Shown one piece after another: positions 44,168 to 49,654 of a DNA stretch of 49,654 bases (its first letter is position 1; each line of letters opens with the position of its first letter). The translations under genes were made by a program, and so were the position numbers. Source of the DNA: a virus; the IMG/VR virus record IMGVR_UViG_3300008807_000159, positions 1 to 49,654 of that record, one strand, 5' to 3'. The notes under the pieces are model-generated. The model was not told the origin of the DNA and searched no databases. It saw nothing but the letters and a program-made list of their open reading frames with translations.

Positions 44168-44825
44168 CAGCGTGCGCCTTTCTGGTTCTCGGATTCAAAC
44201 AGGCGCTGCATCTGCGCACGGAATGCAGGCGATGCAGGCTGACGGTTCGGGGCTTTTGGATCGTGCGCGTCGTTGTGGGCTTCGAGCGCTTCGATATATC
44301 CACTCAGAGAAGTGTCGCGCCAGTCAAGACCAAGCTGCCCGCAATTCGAAATCAGGACGCCCTTGTTGAAGGCTTCTGGCTTTTGTCCGGCTTTGGTTGC
44401 GCCTTTTTTTTTACGTCGATGCCGACAATGGCGGCGTGAAGGACGCGATAGGCGAGGGCCATGACCTCGGATACGGGCCGCGCCGGATAACCGTAGAGGT
44501 CAACCAATTCTTTAGCTCGATGCGGGCCGACCTGAATCTCGGAACAGTCCACCATGCCAGCGTTCCCGCCGATCAGACCAAGGCGCAGTACCTCGTTGCA
44601 CTCATTGGGAAGCGCCGCGCCGCCACCGATCCAGAGGACCGACCCTTCGCCGTCCGCGCCCATGCCGTCGCTGATCTGGTCGAAAAGAGTCAGGATACTT
44701 TTTGGGTGTAGACGACCTTCGTTATCGAGCAAGCCGCAGCGCTTCTGCAACTCGATGACTTGGGGCAGCGGGAGCCAGAACGTGTACTCGCCATCACCAA
44801 ACGCAAAGGAGACCTTGGTTTCCAC
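44167..44825 (-). CDS. Tail assembly chaperone -1 frameshift product (GT-like)
   Basis: Hand-translated -1 frame after the A9 run: ...VKKKGATKAGQKPEAFNKGVLISNCGQLGLDWRDTSLSGYIEALEAHND...ENQKGAR. The stop TGA 44167-69 overlaps the tape-measure ATG. Confidence 0.7.
44352..44825 (-). CDS. Tail assembly chaperone (G-like, GTA g10-like)
   Basis: 157 aa, ends shortly after an A9 run. Confidence 0.75.
   Translation of the reverse strand: METKVSFAFGDGEYTFWLPLPQVIELQKRCGLLDNEGRLHPKSILTLFDQISDGMGADGEGSVLWIGGGAALPNECNEVLRLGLIGGNAGMVDCSEIQVGPHRAKELVDLYGYPARPVSEVMALAYRVLHAAIVGIDVKKKAQPKPDKSQKPSTRAS
44404..44412 (-). other. Slippery A9 run for programmed -1 ribosomal frameshift
   Basis: Nine T on the plus strand. 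Frame 0 reads GTA AAA AAA AAG GCG. Confidence 0.7.
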
Positions 44826-44831
44826 GTTCGA

Positions 44832-45344
44832 TCACGCCGCCACGGTGCGCCCGACGATGACAATGTCATAGGTCACCGACGTGCCGGCGCCCGAGTTCGC
44901 AATGTTGAGCAGATCGCCCGTCGCTGCGGTGACGGCCCAGCCCGACTGCGAGACGAACAGCGCATATTCGCCTGGCTTGATCGCAACACCATCGCCGGTC
45001 GCGAGAAACGGGCCAGTGAATCCATTCGAAGCAGGACGCGTGACCTGCACGCTGTTCGTGTTACCCGCCGCTGCGGCGATATAGATCGCAACAATCTCGG
45101 CCGCGACGATCGACGCCCCGAAAGCATCCGACAACGCCCCCGATAGGTCGATATTCTCATTCGCGGAAAGCGCTACCGTGCGCGTGTCCGAGAAGAGGAT
45201 ATTCGCCTTGTTGGTCGCGTCGGTCCCGGCGATGAGCGACAGCGCCTTGCTGACTGCGACCCGCGACTTCGCCGAGCCAAGATCGCCAACGGCGGTGTCG
45301 GTCAGGTCGATGGAAAGGGAGATATTGCCGCGAACACCAGCCAT
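44832..45344 (-). CDS. Beta-rich structural protein between the tail tube and chaperone genes
   Basis: 170-aa ORF. No family recognised. Confidence 0.55.
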   Translation of the reverse strand: MAGVRGNISLSIDLTDTAVGDLGSAKSRVAVSKALSLIAGTDATNKANILFSDTRTVALSANENIDLSGALSDAFGASIVAAEIVAIYIAAAAGNTNSVQVTRPASNGFTGPFLATGDGVAIKPGEYALFVSQSGWAVTAATGDLLNIANSGAGTSVTYDIVIVGRTVAA

Positions 45345-45356
45345 GTCATGCTCTCC

Positions 45357-45797
45357 TTAAGCCGCGGTCCAGACGATCTCGTCCTCGCCCGCAAGCGTGA
45401 TCTCGTTGGTTCCTTCGCTGTCGCCCATGTTGATGTTGGCGGCCGTCATGACAGCCGGCCCTTCATAGGTGCCGATGATCTCGCCAGCGTCGGTTCCGTC
45501 GCGCTTGCCGAAGTCGAACTGGTAATTCTTGCGGATACCGAGCGCGCCGTTGAAGGTGCCGAACTCGTCGGTATTGACGACGCCGGAGCCCGTCGCATCC
45601 CACTGGCGCCCGGTGACCTTTACCTTGCGGGTCGGGACCGAGCCAGGCTTTGCACAGTCACGGCGGAAGCGATCGGACGTGTTGACCGTCTGGTTGATGG
45701 TGGCGTTTTCGATCCCGCAGATCGTGGTGAAAACTTCAGGCTCAGCACCATTGCCAACTTTGACGATGATGAAATCAGCCTCGTTGGGATAGCTCAT
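45357..45797 (-). CDS. Major tail (tube) protein, TP901-1/GTA g9-like
   Basis: 146 aa. GGAG SD. Position is upstream of the chaperone pair. Confidence 0.7.
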   Translation of the reverse strand: MSYPNEADFIIVKVGNGAEPEVFTTICGIENATINQTVNTSDRFRRDCAKPGSVPTRKVKVTGRQWDATGSGVVNTDEFGTFNGALGIRKNYQFDFGKRDGTDAGEIIGTYEGPAVMTAANINMGDSEGTNEITLAGEDEIVWTAA

Positions 45798-45842
45798 GCT
45801 CGTCTCCGCAGCGAAAATCTGCGGCGACGCTATGGCTATTGG

Positions 45843-46085
45843 TCAGGCGCTATTACCGCCGTCAGACTGAGGACCGAGGCGCAGTCGTGGAATGAGGACA
45901 ATATTGTCGCGGCGTTCGTCGTCGCGGTCGACGCTGGCCTCGATCAGCGCAGAGCGGGCGCGATGCGCGGCCTCATCCTCGCCATCGTCCTCAAGGCGAC
46001 GCGCGATTTGCTCGACGTCGGATACGTCGAAAATGCCCTTGCGGATTTGCTGAATGAGGATTTCTGTCGCCAGAGGGTCGGCCAT
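45843..46085 (-). CDS. Acidic hypothetical protein
   Basis: 80-aa ORF with high GC3. Its last codons (SDGGN) are the late motif. Confidence 0.5.
   Translation of the reverse strand: MADPLATEILIQQIRKGIFDVSDVEQIARRLEDDGEDEAAHRARSALIEASVDRDDERRDNIVLIPRLRLGPQSDGGNSA
45852..45865 (-). promoter_or_regulatory. Late motif copy (CTGACGGCGGTAAT)
   Basis: Its first base is 68 nt upstream of the major tail ATG. A CATAG box lies 32-36 nt downstream. A small hairpin (45806-45824) and a GGAG SD lie in the leader. Confidence 0.5.
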
Positions 46086-46097
46086 CGGGCCGCTATA

Positions 46098-46532
46098 TCA
46101 CGCAATCGCTTTGATTACAGCGATATTGAGCTGGCCGAACCAGTGCCAGTCGTCCGGCGCCGCGTCCTTGAGGATTCGCACATCGGAGAAGAACAGCTTG
46201 CAGCGGCTGTTGTCCTCCAGGCCGATTTCGTTCGGCGCGAATACGGTCTCGATCTGGACTCCGATCGCCTTGATATACTGACGGCCATTCATGGACCCGT
46301 CGGCCTTGGGCCCGCAGAATGCATGGACGTCGAAACTGCCATCTGCGCCGCGCGTGCAAGCCATCCGGGTCGGCAAGGCGCGGGGATCGGTGATGGTGAT
46401 GACTGGATAGGATTTCGTGCCAGCGGGGTCGATGTGATCCCTTTCGACGAGGGCAAGCAAGCCGGCATGGTTCTTGGCGCGGATCAGCAGCGAGCGCTGC
46501 GCCTGGTCGAGGAGGCCGGTGAGGGTGATCAT
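46098..46532 (-). CDS. Tail completion / neck protein (DUF3168-like)
   Basis: 144 aa from ATG 46532 (MITLTGLLDQ...). The track ORF extends to GTG 46679, but an alternative 47-aa ORF fills that gap. Confidence 0.55.
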   Translation of the reverse strand: MITLTGLLDQAQRSLLIRAKNHAGLLALVERDHIDPAGTKSYPVITITDPRALPTRMACTRGADGSFDVHAFCGPKADGSMNGRQYIKAIGVQIETVFAPNEIGLEDNSRCKLFFSDVRILKDAAPDDWHWFGQLNIAVIKAIA

Positions 46533-46672
46533 TTGGATTTCCGCGCGCGCGGTTGCCCGAGAACCCCCGCCTGTCGAGCATGATCGAGCGCCTCGGCGGG
46601 ACACTCCATGCCCTTGGGGAAGCTGACGGTCTTCATCGGCGTGCGCCATGTCCAGGGCTTTGCGAATTTCAT
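46529..46672 (-). CDS. Small hypothetical protein (47 aa)
   Basis: MKFAKPWTWRTPMKTVSFPKGMECPAEALDHARQAGVLGQPRARKSK. TGATG and ATGA overlaps with its neighbours. Confidence 0.35.
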   Translation of the reverse strand: MKFAKPWTWRTPMKTVSFPKGMECPAEALDHARQAGVLGQPRARKSK

Positions 46673-47193
46673 CAGTCACTCCTGCGGCTTGCGCGGACCT
46701 GCTTTTTGACGGCTTTGGTCACAAGCTCAGTGACTTTCGCGCGCTTCTCATCGCGCGCTGGGCGCATGAATGGGCGCGCAGCCGTGGTCGAATCGCCAAA
46801 TTCGACCTTGACCGGTCCATGCTTTGCTTTGTTCGGACCATATGGCGTCGTTTTTCCCGCGAAGCTCCGGCTGGTCGTCCCAGCTTCACGCGATGAGCCT
46901 TCCTCCAAGGCAGCGGAATATGGCGCCTTGCTTGTAACCCGGACAAGGAGCTTACCGGCCCGCGTCGTCTCGATGTTCCCTGCCAGCACGCCGGTATCGT
47001 TCTTAGGCGGCTCACCCGGCTTGCTCGGGACGTGATTTTTACCTGAGACCGCCCCGCGCGTGATCGATAGTTGGGCTTCGGTCTGAATGAGTTCCCCGCC
47101 GTGAAAAAGCGCCCGTTCAACGGCGTCGATCATCGCGGGCGAGGCGAGGGCGCGCAAACGGCGAACGTGGGCTCGGGCGCCCTTAAGCGGCAC
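46672..47193 (-). CDS. HK97 gp10-family head-tail connector protein
   Basis: GTG 47193 start. SKPGEPPKNDTGVLAGNI...YSAALEEG...ARPFMRPA pattern. Confidence 0.65.
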   Translation of the reverse strand: MPLKGARAHVRRLRALASPAMIDAVERALFHGGELIQTEAQLSITRGAVSGKNHVPSKPGEPPKNDTGVLAGNIETTRAGKLLVRVTSKAPYSAALEEGSSREAGTTSRSFAGKTTPYGPNKAKHGPVKVEFGDSTTAARPFMRPARDEKRAKVTELVTKAVKKQVRASRRSD

Positions 47194-47542
47194 GGCCTCG
47201 ACACTCCCACCCGAAAGCTGCCGGATCGCGATCAACTGAGCGCAGTGAATATTTCCCCGCATGAGGCCCAGCCAGTATCTCGACCTTCGCCTCCGTCGTC
47301 AGAGCATCCAGTCCGGTAATGATCAGCCTGACATCGCGCTCCTGAAAATCCGCATCGGCGCGCATCCGCTCGGTGCAGACGTCGCGCTGAACCATGCAGT
47401 CCGCGCGAACCTCCGAGCCCGCCACCACAATATCGCCGCCGTCATCGGTCTCTGCGTCAGTCATGGTGATGGCGACACCAGCGTGAAACGGCCCATCCAT
47501 CATGTCCGAGAAAGCAGTCGCCATGCCGTGAAAATCAAACAT
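47183..47542 (-). CDS. Head-tail adaptor / head closure protein
   Basis: 119-aa ORF in the connector block. Confidence 0.6.
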   Translation of the reverse strand: MFDFHGMATAFSDMMDGPFHAGVAITMTDAETDDGGDIVVAGSEVRADCMVQRDVCTERMRADADFQERDVRLIITGLDALTTEAKVEILAGPHAGKYSLRSVDRDPAAFGWECRGRAA

Positions 47543-47951
47543 AGTCCGACGTCCGAACCAACCGGATGCCGCCGAAGAGACGCTGACACATGGCGAGATA
47601 TTGGCGGCCGTAAATGGTGCTGTCGTAACCGGTGGCGGATGCGGCCTTGTCGGACATCGTGACGCTGAAGGTGCCTGATTTGAACGATGTCACGCCAGCG
47701 GGGGCTGTGCCTTGGCCGAGGCCTTGCGATGCGAGTTCATGAGCCGCCAGCGTGACAAGGGCGATATCGTGATCGGGGTTTGGCCAATTCGATCCGACCA
47801 GCCGCTCGGAATCGGTGATCCAATACTCAACCGCGGCGTCTGGGACTGCGATAAACGCTGGAAAGCGGGCGCGAAAAACAGCGAGCAAGCCCGTCGGCTC
47901 AGGTTCGCCACCATCATTGAGTAGCATCGTCGACAGATATAGGCCCAGCAT
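47535..47951 (-). CDS. Head-tail connector (DUF4054-like)
   Basis: Start taken at ATG 47951 with GAGAGGA upstream; ATG 47927 is an alternative. FRARFPAFIAVPDAAVEYWI pattern. Confidence 0.55.
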   Translation of the reverse strand: MLGLYLSTMLLNDGGEPEPTGLLAVFRARFPAFIAVPDAAVEYWITDSERLVGSNWPNPDHDIALVTLAAHELASQGLGQGTAPAGVTSFKSGTFSVTMSDKAASATGYDSTIYGRQYLAMCQRLFGGIRLVRTSDYV

Positions 47952-47974
47952 GAGGCTTTGTCCTCTCAGCGCTC

Positions 47975-48082
47975 CTAGCAGTTTACCGCCGTCATAATCG
48001 CCGTCCCTAGTGCCACGACAATGCAGCATCCGATCAGGAAGTGCTCGACCCCCCAGCGATCCCGCGACCGGCGACGGGTCAC
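47975..48082 (-). CDS. 35-aa membrane peptide
   Basis: GTG 48082 overlaps the SGNH-gene stop (GTGA). Translation (GTG read as M): MTRRRSRDRWGVEHFLIGCCIVVALGTAIMTAVNC. Confidence 0.35.
   Translation of the reverse strand: MTRRRSRDRWGVEHFLIGCCIVVALGTAIMTAVNC
47982..47995 (-). promoter_or_regulatory. Late motif copy (variant ATGACGGCGGTAAA)
   Basis: Its first base is 44 nt upstream of ATG 47951. Confidence 0.45.
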
Positions 48083-49654
48083 GGCAGGCTCATCCCGTAC
48101 TTCGCGTTGAAATACGCATGGGCCGATGCGAGCTGTCCGGCGCTGAGCGGGTTGCACATGACAGCTTCGGCAAACAGGCCCTTGGTTTCCGCCGTGCCGC
48201 CGTTCGTCGCGAACATGATCGCGGACACCGCCTGCCCGCCGAAGCCAGTATAAGGACCGGCGCCGCTGTTCCCTTGCAACACCCCGTCGATATACAAGTA
48301 CATGCGGTCATTATCGACCGCCCTGATCCGCACGAGATGCGGGGTGGCAGCCGTGGGGGCCGTCGCGCTCAAGCCGACAACCGTTCCCACGCCGACGGCG
48401 TTCATGCGGTACAAGCCCGGCGCTGCGGCAGCATTGTTCCCGACAAAAATGCGCGGATCGCCGTCGGCATAGTCGGCGAGCGCGAACAGATAGGTGGTGC
48501 TTGCATCCCATCCGGTGCCGCCGTCATGATATCCGAGCCACAGAAAGTCGAAGCTGTCGGGGTAAGCCACTCCGCCATTATTGAACTGGGCCGACGTGTC
48601 GCCCCACAGCTTCATCGTCCCGTCGAACTTCGCGGTCTTTCGGCCGTTGACTAGATAGGATGCATTGCCGCGATCGGGTTCGTTGTTGCCGCCCCATGAC
48701 CACAGGTCATGCGTACCGGCTTTGTCGCGGAGGCGCTGGAGCTTATGTTCGTTCTGACTTGCAGACCGATCCGTGGCGTCCCACCAGCCAAGCTGCGCCG
48801 ACGGGTTGAACGGCGTCGCCCCGGTGACCGAAATGTTCCAACCATAGGACGTGTCACCCATGGTGAAGGTGAAGGCGGATGTCCCGCTGGCCGGGGCATT
48901 GGCGACAAGCTGCATCGTGTCGCCGTTCGCAAAGACCGTGGGCGCCGACGTCGCCGAGCCGCCGTTCTTCTTGACCTGCAAACCTGCGCCGGGGGTCAGC
49001 GTCTGTGTTTCGGTGGACGCCATGCCGGCGACAGTGAAGACCGAGCTGGTCAGGCCCGTTGCGCTCGGCGTCTGGCCCTCAAGGTCTACCAGCTTGAAAA
49101 AGACGCTGTTGTAATGCCCCAGCGTCCAGTTGATCGCGGCGTTCACAACGGGCTGGGTAAAGCGAAGCGTGCCGCCCCACGTCACATGCAGCGCGTCCGC
49201 GTTATAATAGTTCGTGTCGTTCGCCGCCGCTTCGGTATCGAGGCCGGGAACAGCAAAAAGATCGATGATCTCGTCGTATAGGATGCCCTTCTGCGCGCGG
49301 ATGCCAGTGGCGACGTCGGCAGCCCACGTGTTGAACCCGGCATACGCGCTTCGGCCTCCCGTCATTGCGGCGGTGCCCATCGCGGCAGGGGTACACACGA
49401 TGATCTTCGTGTTCGGCAAGGCGGCCTTGATCGGCGCGATGGCGGCCCAGAACGCCGTCAGGGCATTCGCGGCAACGGGATAGGTCGGATAATCGTTCGT
49501 GAACAGGTGAACGACCACGACGCCGGGAGCGGCCGAGATGATCGACGCCCGCTGGCCTGATATCCAAGTCGCGATCGTGCTGCCACCAACACCGACCGTA
49601 GAAGGATTATACTCCGGAAATCCCGCGACATAGTAGACGCTGTAATTGCTCGTC
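48079..49654 (-). CDS. SGNH/GDSL esterase fused to a LamG/concanavalin-like lectin domain (3-prime part; the 5-prime part is at 236-1)
   Basis: With the wrapped N-terminus the protein is about 570 aa. SGNH blocks: ISGHSW, GVGGST, FTNDY, DALH. C-terminal ...MYLYIDGVLQGNSG... jelly-roll pattern. Confidence 0.75.
   Translation of the reverse strand, partial: TSNYSVYYVAGFPEYNPSTVGVGGSTIATWISGQRASIISAAPGVVVVHLFTNDYPTYPVAANALTAFWAAIAPIKAALPNTKIIVCTPAAMGTAAMTGGRSAYAGFNTWAADVATGIRAQKGILYDEIIDLFAVPGLDTEAAANDTNYYNADALHVTWGGTLRFTQPVVNAAINWTLGHYNSVFFKLVDLEGQTPSATGLTSSVFTVAGMASTETQTLTPGAGLQVKKNGGSATSAPTVFANGDTMQLVANAPASGTSAFTFTMGDTSYGWNISVTGATPFNPSAQLGWWDATDRSASQNEHKLQRLRDKAGTHDLWSWGGNNEPDRGNASYLVNGRKTAKFDGTMKLWGDTSAQFNNGGVAYPDSFDFLWLGYHDGGTGWDASTTYLFALADYADGDPRIFVGNNAAAAPGLYRMNAVGVGTVVGLSATAPTAATPHLVRIRAVDNDRMYLYIDGVLQGNSGAGPYTGFGGQAVSAIMFATNGGTAETKGLFAEAVMCNPLSAGQLASAHAYFNAKYGMSLP
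49556..49654. repeat. Terminal overlap, identical to 1-99
   Basis: Exact identity read directly. Confidence 0.95.

Larger units (their letters stand above)
1..49654. mobile_element. Complete circularly permuted temperate siphovirus-like phage / excised prophage genome (unit length 49,555 bp)
   Basis: Bases 1-99 equal 49556-49654. Integrase with arm-type repeats, cI/cro switch, replication, packaging, head, long-tail and lysis modules are all present. No host-like flanking genes. Confidence 0.85.

Noticed and set aside
45348-46583. 411-aa plus-strand ORF, the largest of many long ORFs antisense to the tail/connector genes
   Set aside because: It lies opposite a contiguous set of recognisable structural genes. 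The translation is Arg/Gly/Asp-rich and not protein-like. Such shadow ORFs are expected at this GC content.
1-49654. tRNA, rRNA, CRISPR arrays, IS elements
   Set aside because: No cloverleaf-like segments in the few non-coding gaps, no regularly spaced direct repeats with spacers, and no transposase-like ORFs. The eye scan cannot exclude a divergent tRNA; tRNAscan-SE/ARAGORN would settle it.

Overview
The window is one complete, circularly permuted genome of a temperate long-tailed phage or excised prophage. Bases 1-99 are identical to 49556-49654, so the unit length is 49,555 bp, and one gene is split across the window ends. No host flanks, tRNA, rRNA or CRISPR were seen. The layout is lambda-like. 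A divergent cro/cI switch sits at about 19.5 kb. The minus strand carries one very long, tightly coupled transcription direction (many ATGA/GTGA/TGATG overlaps). From 19.5 kb down to 1, this runs through early regulators, a DNA methyltransferase, two helicases, a VRR-NUC nuclease, a VapE-like replication protein, an iteron cluster, terminase, a portal fused to a 2H-phosphoesterase, a MuF-like protein, a protease/scaffold and the capsid. It continues across the junction from 49.6 kb down to 33.4 kb with connectors, tail, tape measure, host-specificity protein, fiber and lysis genes. The plus strand runs cI, a low-GC three-gene cassette in the rexAB position, a terminator, and a second operator/promoter. 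It then carries a PL-like operon: HNH endonuclease, YqaJ exonuclease, an SSB-like protein, a nucleotidyltransferase, integrase with attP-like arm repeats, and a DNA-modification arm. That arm holds three reading-frame disruptions. The most interesting signals are a 13-14-nt motif repeated seven times at fixed distance upstream of late genes, a sigma/alpha-CTD-like protein inside the head module, the cassette downstream of cI, the portal-2H fusion with an altered first catalytic motif, and a degenerate duplicated cro flanking an opposite-strand membrane gene. All family calls come from motifs read by eye; no database search was run.
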